This document shows positions 11,351 through 26,742 of a DNA stretch of 64,000 nt, one piece after another. Every line of letters starts with the position of its first letter. Positions within the stretch are counted from its first letter, which is position 1. The stretch comes from the human T2T-CHM13v2.0 reference genome, Homo sapiens, in the NCBI RefSeq assembly GCF_009914755.1, contig NC_060934.1. The stretch is one strand, 5' to 3'. Made by a program: the position numbers and the translations under genes. A model generated the notes under the pieces. It did not search any database and was not told where the DNA came from. It saw only the letters and a list, made by a program, of their open reading frames with translations.

Positions 11351-12987
11351 CCTATTTGAGTTAATGCAGCTCTGTTAAATGAAAACATATCAGAAAGGAT
11401 GAGGATAAGACTAGTGATGGGGTGAGTCCAAAAATAAATGATTTTAAAAATACCAGGAAAAAATAGAAGTGTATAAAAAATATTCTCAAAAGTACCAGAT
11501 GTTATGGGGGTTGATGTTATGGACTCTAAATTCTCAATTCCAGCATCTGTCTGCTCTTGAAATAACTTCTAGTCTAGTTCTGTGTAGATAGTAAAAGTAG
11601 TTGCACTGGCTTTTGCAAGAAATTGTTTTTATATCCAATTCTTAAAATAAAAAAGATAGAGTAGATATAAGCAGAAAGAGATGTGGTTGGTTATGAAATA
11701 GACATGTTATCGTGTAATTAATTCTGTGGATGGACTGCATATAAGAAATGTAATTGCAATGAGATACACAGAGTGATATTACTTATTTCTTGCTCAGTAT
11801 TGCCTTTGAAGATATGTAGAGTTGCTAACAAATGACTGACTCTGGACCTGAACAATGAAAGCCAGAGAATGAATGACATATCCGAGCAAGTCATGCTGAT
11901 CAGGTACAGTTATTTGGTTTTCTTTTGATCACTCTATTGTGCAATTAATGGATAGGGCTCCTAAAGCATGGAACATAGAAACAGGAAATATTTTCCTTGT
12001 TTCCTAGCTTTACGTCTTTTCTCCGTTTTCAGAAAACTGAAGATAAAACAAAATAAAATGCGCCATGCCGATTTTATAACTTAGTTAAAGCAGTCGAATT
12101 GATTTTCAGAAAAAAATTATTTTATTCCACAATACACTGTTGTTTGGCAAATGACTAAAGTTTTCACATTTCTCAGATAATCATTAAAATTGGGGCTGTA
12201 GCTGTCATATGATCACCATATACTGGAAGAAATAAACCCAGGAATTGTGATGGGAACAATAAGATCCAGGAATATTCTTCTACCCCTTCATCCAGGGTGC
12301 TGTCTGGGGATACTTACTCAAATCTAAGATGGATCTCTAATAACACTTCCTATGCATCCAGCTGTATGAGATATTTTAAAGCTGTGAAAATTATATCTGC
12401 CACCCTACCCACTCAACCACCCCAATATCATTACAAAGTGCTCAAGACTGACCTGGCATGACACTCTCCCAGTTGTTAGATCTCTTTGTCACGTATCTGC
12501 ATTCAGTGAAATACTTGAAATACCAAATTTCCTTATACAGACAAATGAAGAAAAATTCACTGATGTTTAAGATGTCACTAGGCAAATATCATTCATATAT
12601 TTTCCAAATTAGAGAAGATAAAATAACATTTTTATTTTTCAGAACAAGGTTTTAAATTACTTCTGTAGTTGTTTTTAGTTATAAGACAAGCAAAAGACCC
12701 TACGCTTTTTGCTTGAACGGGTTGACTCTGTGAGGAGGACTTGACAGTGCCCTTTTTCAAGAGGCAATGTTTGCAGTACTATTTATGGAGATGAAATCAT
12801 ACTTGCTAATTTCTATTTGAAGACATTCTTGAATTGCAAGTGCAGAGAAATGGATGCTTAGTTCTGTGTTTCTCAAGGATAGGTTATACTTGTAGGGGCC
12901 TAGGGAAAAACTCCCTTCACCCTCTGAAGGCTTACTGAAAAATCAACTCACAGAAGGCAGGTTAATTGGAGAAAAGGCAAACAAATC

Positions 12988-14373
<1,386 letters not shown>

Positions 14374-16051
14374 AACCTATTAACATACACATGGCAAAGA
14401 ACCACAGAATGATTACCCTTTTCCCCACTGGAGTTAAGAAGCTCATATACCATGTTGAGTTTACAGAAAGAATGGAGGCTTGGATCCTCACAAAAGAGGT
14501 TATGGTTGGAAACATTTTATGGGAAGGGGGAGAAGAAGAATTCTGTTGAGGGCAATAAATGATTACTAGGGAGAATGAATGGATAGGGAACAGAGAGTGA
14601 CTTGTAAATATTGCTCATGGAATTTGAATGATCCTCATAGACAAAAATTATCTTATGAAGGAATCTGTTCAGGTGTGGTTACATTCTTGATGTTCTTTTC
14701 TGCAATAGGTAATAAAACAAGAGAGAGCAAAAGAAAAACAGTTGTTCTGTTTGTTAGGTCTGGACTTTAGGGAGATAAAGGAAATTTAGAGACAAACTTC
14801 CTCCTGTGCTTCAGGACAGACAGAGGATTGAGGGACAATAGTTGGGAGAGCGGGTAGTGAGATCAGAGAGATTATGAGCCTCCTTCTTTAGTTCAGCATG
14901 TTAAAATGCCATATTTTGCGGTATCAGTCTCTTATTCCCAACATAGGTTATCTTATTTTAGTTTCTGAAATTGAGATATTTTTAATCAGTATATACATCA
15001 AATGTGGTAGAAATAGTTTTTCTCTAAAAAAAGCTTATTAAATTGATAGTGTATTTTATAATCCAAAGTGTTTTAGAATCAAGGAAATAGAGTATGTAGA
15101 GAGCAGTCAAAGATACTCGTCAAGTAATTGAATTATTAACCTTACAGGTGCTTTTATCAATTTAACCATTTTTATTTCTATGTTAAAGACCAATAATAAT
15201 GTGGAAAGTAGGCAGGAAGAGTCAGGAAATTTCTGATAATTTCACTTTCTGTCCTGCTTGTGGATGAATCTGATGGGAAACCAGCTGGGCATTAAAGTTT
15301 ATACCATTTGTCAAAAACCATCCTGCCTCTCCCCACTCATTTCCTAACACACCCCTCCCTCCAGTCCCAAATACATCCTCATTCAATCCTAATTTTATTT
15401 CAGACCTTCTTATGATCTGGCTCTTTTTCATGTTGTCTAAACTAATGACTTTGTGATATTAGTCTTGAACAAATACCTCTGACTTCTTAAATTACTAGTG
15501 TATTTGCTGTCCCCGATATCTGGACATCAACTTTTCCAAAGTACTACCAATGTGGCATATTAGAAAACTTTTAGAATCTGCAACTGTGCTGGGTAAAAAT
15601 GGCTTACAATGCAATATTTGCCTTTTTTTCATTAAGGCAAGGCTAATCCTTCTTGGATTTAGGCTGATGTCAGCATGTATTTAAATAAGTTTAATAGTAA
15701 CAACTGTTGAAAGCCCCTAAGTTTATTACCTTACTAGGATTTCAAATGCTTTCAGCTGAATATATACTCTCTCTCTCTGCACCCGCAACAAGCAAAAGGT
15801 TGAAAAAAAAACTTCATTCAGGAACCTGATCAGTCTTCTAAAAAAGACTTGAGGAACTAGTGATTAAGGATTTCTCAATGAGATGGACTGACCAGGTTCT
15901 GTTAGAATGAAGTTTATAGGTATAACTGGAGCCAATTGGAAATTTAAAAGGAAAGAATAGCCAATGATTACTGGCTAGCTAAGGAAAACATCTAACATAA
16001 AAATCAGAGACCTAGACAAACAAAAAGGAAAAAAAATAGCTGATGGAAAAA

Positions 16052-17375
<1,324 letters not shown>

Positions 17376-17399
17376 GCCTCTTATGCACTTTTCCCAGGA

Positions 17400-18590
17400 T
17401 GCAAATGGGGAATGTTCCTCATCAAAATTTGAAATAACTCAGATGGAGGGACTCATGCAATTCAGGAAATGGAATTCAACACTAGAAAAGGGTGTGATGA
17501 CATGTTTCTACCCGAGGTGAAAAGTGATTAGCCTGCTTGCAGAGAAGGTTAGCCAGAGTGGAACAAGTCAGGTAGCACCATGAGGGATTTCATCAAAAGA
17601 TACGGAACTGATTAAGAGATAATTAATTTGATAACACTAAGAGGAGTTTTATAATACTGAGGGGGCATTAGTATAGAATTGCTACTAAGAACATGAAAAA
17701 TAAAACCAATATGTAAAACTAGAAAATGATTATCTCTAAGGAGAACAAAATGTGGGGGAAAGAAAAAGCAATCGCAATGTAATGCATTACTAAAGTTCAC
17801 CCTAGAAAAACATGGGGGTTAGTGGCACTTAGCCCTGCAAAGTCAAAAATCCACATATAACTTTTGACTTCCCCCAAACTTGACTACTAAAAATAGCCTA
17901 CTATTTATCAGAAGCCTTACTGTTAACATACATAGTCAATTAACACATATTTTGTAGGTTATCTGTACTACATACTGTATTCTTACAATAAAGTAAGCTA
18001 GAGAAAAGAAAATGGCATTAGGAAAATCATAAGAAAGAGAAAACATATTTACTATTTATTAGGTGGAAATAGATCATCATCTTCACATTGAGTAGGCTGA
18101 GGAGGAGGTAAAGGAGGAATTGTTCTTGCTGTCTCAGGGGTGGTATAGGCAGAAGAATATCCATGTATAGACCTGCTCAGTTTAAATCTGTGTTACTCAG
18201 GCTCAGCTGTATATGGTTTAGTTGTAACTAGCATTGACAAAGCCATAACAATGTGAACACTAAATATTGATCTAACCAAATTTAAGACATAAATGCATCA
18301 GATAATTCAAATGTGTCCATAAAATTATTGGGGCAAGAAGGTGAAAGAGAGCTAGATTGTCATCTACCAAAATGACAGGTCAAAATATCAGAGCTAACTT
18401 ATGATGGGGGTGGAGGGTCAATATACTCATGCTATTTATAAATGCTATTCATAAAAAATTAAATAATTTACTAGAGAAATTTAAAAGTGGTTACCTCTAT
18501 GAAATATCAAATGGAGAGAGCTGTGAAATGTCTTCATTTTCTTTTCTCTGTTTTAACAAGCTTTGTAGAACACTTAATCTCTAAACTAAC
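17400..18590 (+). mobile_element. HAL1/old L1-related fragment, interrupted by Tigger2a
   Basis: GGAATTCAACACTAGAAAAGGG...GCAGAGAAGG...CCAGAGTGGAACAAG resembles the HAL1 3' region; heavily diverged. Confidence 0.4.
17793..18209 (-). mobile_element. Tigger2a (MER28) TcMar DNA transposon
   Basis: Matches the Tigger2a body (CTTACAATAAAGTAAGCTAGAGAAAAGAAAATG; TGAGTAGGCTGAGGAGGAGG); degenerate CAGTTGACCCTTG TIRs; TA TSD on both sides. Confidence 0.9.
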
Positions 18591-18613
18591 TACAGATACC
18601 ATACTATATAAGG

Positions 18614-18990
18614 TGTATTAGTCCTTTCTCACACTGCTATAAAGATATGAGCCAAGACTGAGTAAATAATAAAGAAAAGAGATTTAATTGATTCACCGTT
18701 CTGCATGACTGGAGAGGCCTCAGGAAACTTACAATCATGGCAGAAGGGGAAGAGGAAGCAAGGACCTTCTTCACATGGTGGAAGGAGAGAGAAGTGCAAG
18801 CAGGGGAAATGACAGGTGCTTATAAAACCATCAGCTCCCATGAGCGCTCACTCCGTATCACAAGACAGAGTAGGGGAAACTGCCCCCATGATCCAATTAC
18901 CTCCCACCTGGTCCCTCCCTTGACACATGTGGATTACAGGGATTACAATTTAAGACATGATTTGGGTGGGGACATAGTCAAACTATATTA
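18614..18990 (-). mobile_element. THE1C/THE1D MaLR solo LTR
   Basis: TGTATTAGTCC...GGCCTCAGGAAACTTACAATCATGGCAGAAGG...GATTTGGGTGGGGACA; TSD TAAGG/TATGG. Confidence 0.9.
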
Positions 18991-19041
18991 TATGGCATAG
19001 TATAATAGTTGAAAGTATATTTGAAAGCCCATATATAGGTG

Positions 19042-19044
<3 letters not shown>

Positions 19045-19079
<35 letters not shown>
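19045..19079. repeat. (CA)n microsatellite
   Basis: About 17 uninterrupted AC units. Confidence 0.95.
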
Positions 19080-19081
<2 letters not shown>

Positions 19082-19239
19082 GTATAATGGTAAATATAAA
19101 ATTAAATTAAACAGTAATTAAGTCTATAATAAAATTTTAATAACATATATATTTACCTTTTTGTTGTTGCTGTTAGGGTCCTCTCTACCCATCCTATTTT
19201 TATTTAATAATCATAGTTTTACACTCTGCTTTGAATTTG

Positions 19240-19724
19240 TGCAGTTAGGCTAACTTTTACTTAAATGTGACAGAACAATCCAAAGTCATCATTACTTAAT
19301 AAAACATAGACTTTACATTTTTATGTAAGCCAAATTCAGACACCAAAGTAAGTGTCTTTATAGTGTTAGAGATTCAGGCTTCTATTATCTAGCCACTAGG
19401 CCACACTTAGCCTATGACTCCATGGCCCAGAGCTGTGAGAGTCCCAGCCATCACTTTGGTAGTCAGCCACCATGAAAGAAGAAAGAAAAAAAAAAAAGTA
19501 GCAAAGGATTTGTGCCAGCTTATTTTTATGTTTTTCACAAAAGTAACACACATTTGCTTAAGTTGCATTGCCTAGAACTTATTCACATGGTCTCACCAAG
19601 CTGGAAGGAAGGCTAACAAATGGGTTTTGTTTGCTTATTACACACTGTGCTGAATAAAACTTGGGTTATTTTACTAAAGAAAAATAATGGATAAGGATTT
19701 AGGTAACAAGCAGTCTCTGTCACA
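19240..19724 (-). mobile_element. Old MLT1 (J/K-like) LTR
   Basis: GCCTAGAACTTATTCACATGG...AAGGAAGGCT...CAGTCTCTGTCACA terminus pattern. Confidence 0.5.
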
Positions 19725-20464
19725 CACTATATTTGCCCTTTTGAGTTATTTTGATCCTGTCGCCTGTAAATTCAATATTTTGTATGTTTTTTGTATAAAA
19801 GTGGTAAACCCAACTTTAACATAATTAAGGGTGACACTGATATTTTATTCTTCAAAATCCTGAAGCCCAAACATTGAATCATCAGTGTGTGATGAAAGTT
19901 GTATTTTATTTAGCAGATTTTTCCTGGCCTCCCATGAGACAAGGGTAAAATAGCAAATTTATTTTCTAGTTGCTATAGTGCCTTTCAAACAGGTTGAGAA
20001 AGTAAGTTCTCACAGAATAAGCCAGTAATAAGTTACTGGCACTGTTCTTCTACTTGACTTAACAAACTTCCGATTAAATGAAACTGTACTCCAATACAAT
20101 ATCATACTAATTTTATTTCATATAATAAGACATAATGCTCCCCTCCCATCCCCCAGTTTACTCACAATAAATTCTGCTGTTCCAGAAAGGAACTAGTGGT
20201 CAAAATATATCTCACAAACACCATTTAAGTATATTAACTCATCCCCAAATTATTTCCTTAAATGAATATATTTATATTATTTGAGCAGTGGTTCTGTTGC
20301 ATATAACTTGATACATGTTTCCTCATTTTTAAATATAGATAAAGATTTTATTTCAGGAAGGCAGGTTATGTGAACTGATAGCAATACTGATCATTGTGGT
20401 TTAAGAGTTCAAGGTTATTGAAAATTCCAATGAAATGGAGTATGAGAAGAAGCAACCACAACAA

Positions 20465-20745
20465 TTTTTGTTTAAATTGTAGTAAAATACACACAACATG
20501 AAATTTTCCATCTTAACCATTTTCAAAGGTGTAGAGTTCCATAGTGTTAAGTATATTCACATTATTTTGTAACCAATCTCTGGAATGTTTTCATCTTGCA
20601 AAAATGAAACTATACCTATTAAACAACTATACCTATTAAGCAACTGCTCCCTTTTCCCCACCCCAGGCCTGGCAACCACCATTCTACTTTCTATCCATCT
20701 GATTAGTCTAGCACAGTGTCCTCCAGGTTCATCCATTGTTTTCAC
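20465..20745 (-). mobile_element. L1MB-type 3' UTR fragment
   Basis: TTTTCCATCTTAACCATTTT...TTTTCATCTTGCAAAA...CCTGGCAACCACCATTCTACTTTCT; contains a 17-bp tandem duplication (AACTATACCTATTAA core). Confidence 0.8.
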
Positions 20746-21089
20746 TGTTAGAATTGGGGCTTTCTTATGACTTTTCTGGTTTTGTTTTTGCCCACATACT
20801 TTATCTGAGAAAATAATTTTATACTTAAATTAAGTTTCTGGTAGTGGCTATTCTCAGCAATTATTTATGGTGACACTCTATTTGGTAAGCTCAGTATAGT
20901 ATAGTTTTCCTATTTCTCTCTCTGTCTTTTTTCTTATTTACGGTATTTGTTTGCAATGATAAAATGGCTTTTCTAAGAAACAAACATTCCATTTAAGGCA
21001 CTATCACCTCAAATCCTCTTTTAGCTAGACAATGAAAGAAATTGGGATAAAAATACATTTCAAAAGTAAAATTAAATATAGTCCCTTTA

Positions 21090-21894
21090 TTCCATGGTGC
21101 ATATGTGCCACATTTTCTTTATCCAGTCTAACATTGATGGGCATTTGGGTTGGTTCCAAGTCTTTGCTATTGTGAATAGTGCTGCAATAAACAAACATGT
21201 GCATGTGTCTTTATAGTAGAATGATTTATAATCCTTTGGGTATATACTTAATAATGGGATGACTGGGTCAAGTGGTATTTCTAGTTCTAGATCCTTGAGG
21301 AATTGCCCCACTGTCTTCCACAATGGTTGAACTAATTTACACTCCCACCAACAGTGTAAAAGTGTTCCTATTTCTCCACATCCTCTCCAGCATCTGTTGT
21401 TTCTTGACTTTTTAATGATCGCCATTCTAACTGGTATGAGATGGTATCTCATTGTGGTTTTGATTTGCATTTCTCTAACGACCAGTGATGATGAGCTTTT
21501 TTTTCATGTTTGTTGGCCACATAAATGTCTTTGGAATACTAAGCAGCCATAAAAAGAATGAGTTCATGTCCTTTGCAGGGACATAGATGAAGCTGGAAAT
21601 CATCATTCTCAGCAAACTAACACAGGAGCAGAAAACCAAACACCACATGTTCTCACTCATAGGTGGGAGTTGAACAATGAGAACATATGGGCACAGGGAG
21701 GGGAATATCACACACCAGGGCCTGTCAGAGGTAGGGGTCAAGGGGAGGGATAACATTAGGAGAAATACCTAATGTAGATGACAGGTTGGTGGGTGCAGCA
21801 AACCGCCATGGCACATGTATACCTATGTAACAAACCTGCACGTTCTGCACATGTATCCTAGAACTTAAAGTACAATAAAAAATAAATTTAAAAA
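21090..21894 (+). mobile_element. 5'-truncated, 5'-inverted L1PA (roughly PA6-PA8 age)
   Basis: 21090-21531 is antisense ORF2 C-terminus (minus [14 protein letters not shown]...WIKKMWHI); 21532-21894 is the sense ORF2 end/3' UTR plus poly(A); TSD AGTCCCTTTA at 21080-21089 and 21895-21904. Confidence 0.95.
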
Positions 21895-22197
21895 AGTCCC
21901 TTTAGATTTGAAATAGTTTTAACTATGTTACAGTTAAATGTTTAAAAAAAAACAGCCTAGAGACTGTCTCTTTCAATGTACTCTCTTCCTTAAACTTACA
22001 TTTTAATGTTGAGGATTTTTTTAGGCACTGCTAATTGCCCTCCAATCATGTATGAGAAGTATAAGAAGTAGAGTTATTGTTGTAGAACAGCTTAAGTTTG
22101 AAATCACTGGGAAGGCCTTGTTTTCTGGAAAGAGAAGAAAATGGAACAATTGAGTACAAAATGTATTTGGTACAAAGTAAGTATTCCCATAGCTTCG

Positions 22198-22290
22198 GGA
22201 AGTAGTATGGTGCAGAGGCAAGTTCTTGGGCTTTGAAGTATGCCAGATTTGGATGTGAATTCCATCTGTGAAAATTACCAGCTGGGTGCT
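22198..22290 (+). mobile_element. MIR fragment
   Basis: AGTATGGTGCAGAGG...GGGCTTTGAAGT...CAGATTTGGATGTGAATTCC...TTACCAGCTG. Confidence 0.65.
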
Positions 22291-22480
22291 GGGGGCTGCA
22301 TCGCCACTACTCAATGTGATAGGAGGACTGATACTTATCTGTGAGTTGGTCGTCACAGGCCTGTAATAAGAACAAAAATTGAGCAGTGTACATTTTAACA
22401 CTATTGATCAAATTGTCGTTTCTATGTCATCCCACTTACAATCAGTGGATTTGTCTCACTAAACAGGGTGTAAACTAGAC

Positions 22481-24720
22481 CAAGTGTTGCTCAACTAGCC
22501 TGATGAGTCATAAGAGGCAAGAGCTGCATTTTAGTTATACGCAGGAGGACCAAGGGATGACATGATGTTTTAAAGTTGGTTTGTGAGGTGTAATTCAATA
22601 AAAATATGATAAAATGTGTGTGCTCATTTATTTTACAGAAAATTTTAAGGTTTTATCAGATATATTTTAAATGTATAGCTTACCATTATTAGCTATTTAA
22701 GTAATCAAAATTTTAACCCTAATATAGAGACAGTAAAGATTTATAATAATTTTTTTGTAAAGTTGCGACACATTTTTTTGTTCAGTAGTAGTATATGAAA
22801 TTGCAATAATGAAAGTTATTTCAAAGAAGGGCTAAAAAATTTTAATGCTAATTTACATATGGTAAAAGAAGATTAACTGGACATTTTTTGTCAAAAAATG
22901 ACACATCTTTTATTTCAGTAGTATATTAAATAGTGATAATGGAAGTTTTTTTAAAAAGTAAAGACCAAAAAAAAGGTCAAACTAATTTTACTCGGAAGTA
23001 TTATCTCTCATATATTGATTTCATTTTGTAGCTGTAATTGGTGATGAAATGATTAAAAAGTATGTTATTTGAGGAGATGAATTGGCTGCTGAAACGATTA
23101 AAGCATCAAACTTAAGGCCAATTATATACACAACATAAAGAGATGCATTCAAAACCACAGAATTATATGAAAGAAAAAGTGTTAAAATAGAAAGCTGACA
23201 ACAGATGTTCAATATTTTGAATACAAACATTAGTGCTTGGCAGAATTTATATAACATGGCACTTCATTTTCCCAAGAATAAAAACACCATGTACAATTAC
23301 TGAGAAACTAATGAATGATTGTAGCAAAGGGGTTTGTCTAGAAATGTTTCTGTAGCAAAGTAGTTGACTCAAGTACCGCTCTCCAACACTATACCTTGAC
23401 ACATTCAAGAATTAACTAATGATAGAGAAGACTAATAGAAAAAATGAACTTACCATAGTATTTTTTTATTGTAACCTGATAAATTCATAGCCCAACAAGG
23501 TAATTATTTTAGAACTTAAGCAACTTAAACATAATATTGATATGATAAACTCTAGCTCTAAATGCTAGCTCTAAATTGTGTACAACTATAAAAAATAATA
23601 TTGTCAATAAATATGACTTCACATGCAAGGTTTATGTAGATCTATGTTCTGTGGGATAGTCACTTAGTCACAGTGCTTCATCACACACACAAAAAAATCT
23701 TGCCAAAAAATTAAAAAAAAAAAAGAGCTCGTCAGCTCTCAACTATAAGTTGGCTTATATGTGAGTTATGCAAAGGTTAACATTTTAATTTTATGATAAT
23801 ACGGAAAATAATTATGAGTGCGTGGTATTGCATGTAGAAGTATGATGTTTAATTGAAAAAAATATTGGATTTAGAGTGATTGAAATACGGAACAAACTCT
23901 AAGTGATTCTTAAAGATAAATTAGTTTTGTCTTAGTTTTTTTTTTAAGGAAGTGAAATGGACAGCCAAAATTGCTTATTGATCTGATATGCTTGGTATTT
24001 TTAATTATCTTATTACTTTCATGCAATAAAGAAATTTAATGTATATCAATAGCAGATAAAATTGAGGGCACACACAAAAGTTAAAAATTTGAAAAAAACA
24101 GTGTTTACAGATTGTAATGACATGTTCTAAAATTTGACACCAATTGTAAATGATGTGAATGATAATCTTGATATTGCATATTTGCAAAAAGTTTGTCAAT
24201 GAACATTTTTTTCATTTAATAAATCACTTTGGTTTTATTTCTACCAAAAGGAAACCTATACATAGGAAACTCATGATGCAGAATTCATGTCTTTTATAAA
24301 AAACTAATTTAAATTTATGAGATGAATTGGAACTGACTACTAATGAGACCTGAGTGAATTTTGAAAATACAGCATCACTTGTATCATTCTGGATAAAAAT
24401 TAAAGACAAAAATTTTGGTCTTGCTAAAATTTTTTCCAAAAGTTTCTTCTTCTGTTTCTATCAACATACTTTTATGAGACTGGTTACTCTACTGTGAGCA
24501 CTGTTCTAACAAAACACAGATATACTTAAAAATATATTATCCTATGCAAATAGTGTTGTCATCATCCAACCTAAATTAAAATTTAAAGATTAAAAATTAA
24601 CATGCAGAATGCCTTTGTCATGTTAAAACCTTTAAACATTGGTATACACAGTGTTCATTCAAAGTGTATATAGGCAGTTATTATGAAGAATTTTTAACTT
24701 CAAACTGTTTAGTTTTTGTT
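22481..24720 (+). mobile_element. Charlie-family hAT DNA transposon fossil with decayed transposase
   Basis: Conceptual translation gives RKYYLSYIDF and GDELAAETIKASNL (BED-finger region), QVPLSN, LHVEV (LHxEVRWL motif), WTAKIAY-SD, and YETGYST...TKHR (hAT dimerisation domain); many stops and frameshifts. Confidence 0.8.
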
Positions 24721-25829
24721 TGTTTTTAATTTCTTAATTTCTTAGTTTACTTTAAGTCTTTACAACTTACAAACCCACACACATTCTGCAAAGAAAAACT
24801 TTTCTGATCCTTGGGTGATTTTTTCCATCACTGGGAAACTCCTTCTATCAGAAAACTCTTGTCTCCGATCAATCAGGGCTTCCTTCATTATTTTGAAACC
24901 ATACAACCACAGTGGGCTTAATGCCAAAATACACAGTGAACCCAGGGCCATAATCTTTTGCTAGCATGGTTATGGATTTGCTGAGGTTCTTACTATTTAA
25001 CTGTAGAATATTTCCAACAAATAGGAAAGAAGTGAGGTCATGTGGGAGCTTCCCTTTGACACAGAATCACGGGGGAAGGAGAAGGGAAACAAGCATGTCT
25101 TACACGGCTGGAGCGGAAGGAAGAGCTTGTTTAGATATAATAGAGGAATGAAAAAAACTATAAGTTCAATGGCAATTGTCTATATTAGTCATCTATACAC
25201 ATACTTTCAATAAACAATATAGACAGAGTTCATGATTATTTTCTTTTTCCCTGTTTTGCTTGTTCTGAATATATTCATTAAACTAATTTTGTGACTGCTG
25301 ACTCTAATAAGGCAACTGGAGATTATGTAAGGCAAGTATTAAATTTTTATTCTGTTTTTTTCTGATAATTTTATTATAGTTCACAAAAATATTGTAACCA
25401 GATTGGCTGAAACCCTATGCAATGAGAAAATGGAAAACCAGAGAGGTTTAATAATGTAATGCAATGCGCCTTAAACTATTGCTGGTGAAGAGCCAGTTAT
25501 TTTTACTTTCAGCTAATCAGGTAACAGATGAAAATAAAAGATGAAAGTGAATTAAAATACAATGCCTATATTCAATATGGCAATTATGACTAACAATAAA
25601 AGACCTAGGTTGAATTAAGCTAAAGATTCTCTATGCTGGTTTTTTGTTTGTTTATTTGGGGATTTTTGGCCACATTCCCATCCCCATAATGCAGATGCCT
25701 TTTTCCATAACTAATTTTTAAAGCTGGGCCAAGTAGATTACCAATAATTTCTGATATTCTGCCAGTATAACATTTAAAAAATTGCTTTTACGCATATATT
25801 CATATATCTATATCTTTTTTATATTAATT

Positions 25830-26040
25830 GAAAGTAATAGTGACCATTTTGAGCATTTTCTAAATAATAAATACTGTGTTAATTTTTAAAAAGTATAATC
25901 TTATTGAATTATTACATTATCCCAATAAAATGCATATGTAGTGTCACCATTTGGTAGATAAATAAACTAAGAGTCAGAGGGCTTAAGCAACTTGCTAATT
26001 GCAAAACTAAAAAAAAGGTAGAATCTGAATCCACTTTCAT
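25830..26040 (-). mobile_element. MIR
   Basis: CCATTTGGTAGATAAATAAACTAAGAGTCAGAGGGCTTAAGCAACTTGC is the antisense MIR core. Confidence 0.7.
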
Positions 26041-26589
26041 CTCAATATTGTTGTAATATATTTTTCAACATATTATCTTTAGCATGTGATACAGTGATGA
26101 GTACCTATTATTGCTAAGGAGATACATATTAAATAAATAATAACTCATTGAATGTGGAAATCAACAGATATGATTTGAAATAATGGAAGTTATAGTTTTG
26201 TTTATGCATTTTTGTGTTATTTTCTCAAAATTAGTTTTGCTTATAGTAGTTAAGAAATTATCAAATTACTTTATCAATTTGAAATCAATACATATAAAAA
26301 CAGTTAATTGATTCATTTGATTGTTGAGTTCAATACTACATGCTAAAATATATGAATAAAGAAAAGTTGAGTTTTCTAATTTGGTCAGATGGAAATAAAA
26401 GTTTTTGCAACATTCACTTGGGAATCTTTGATCTTATAAACTGGGATAGATGATGAATATAGTAATTCTGGTCCTAATTCAGATGCCTTTTCTATACATG
26501 TCTTGAAGTCATAAACTTTATCTTTTTCATCACTGTATCCTGTACAGTGTCTAGTGTAAGGATAAATCCAAATTTAAAATAAGAAGCTT

Positions 26590-26735
26590 GTCTCGGCACT
26601 GTGGTTCAGTGTAATCCCAGGCTTTTGAGAGGCCAAGGCAGGAGGATTGCTTTAGGCCAGGAGTTTGAGACCAGACTGGACAACATAGGGAGACCCTATT
26701 TCTACTTAAAACAAACAAATAAATACATGAATAAG
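26590..26735 (+). mobile_element. FLAM_C / AluJ left monomer
   Basis: GAGGCCAAGGCAGGAGGATTGCTT.AGGCCAGGAGTTTGAGACCAG followed by an A-rich tail; no right arm. Confidence 0.85.
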
Positions 26736-26742
26736 TAAAAAT

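Noticed and set aside
21087-21470. 127-aa ORF with strong protein similarity
   Set aside because: It is the L1 ORF2p C-terminus within the inverted L1 segment, not a host gene
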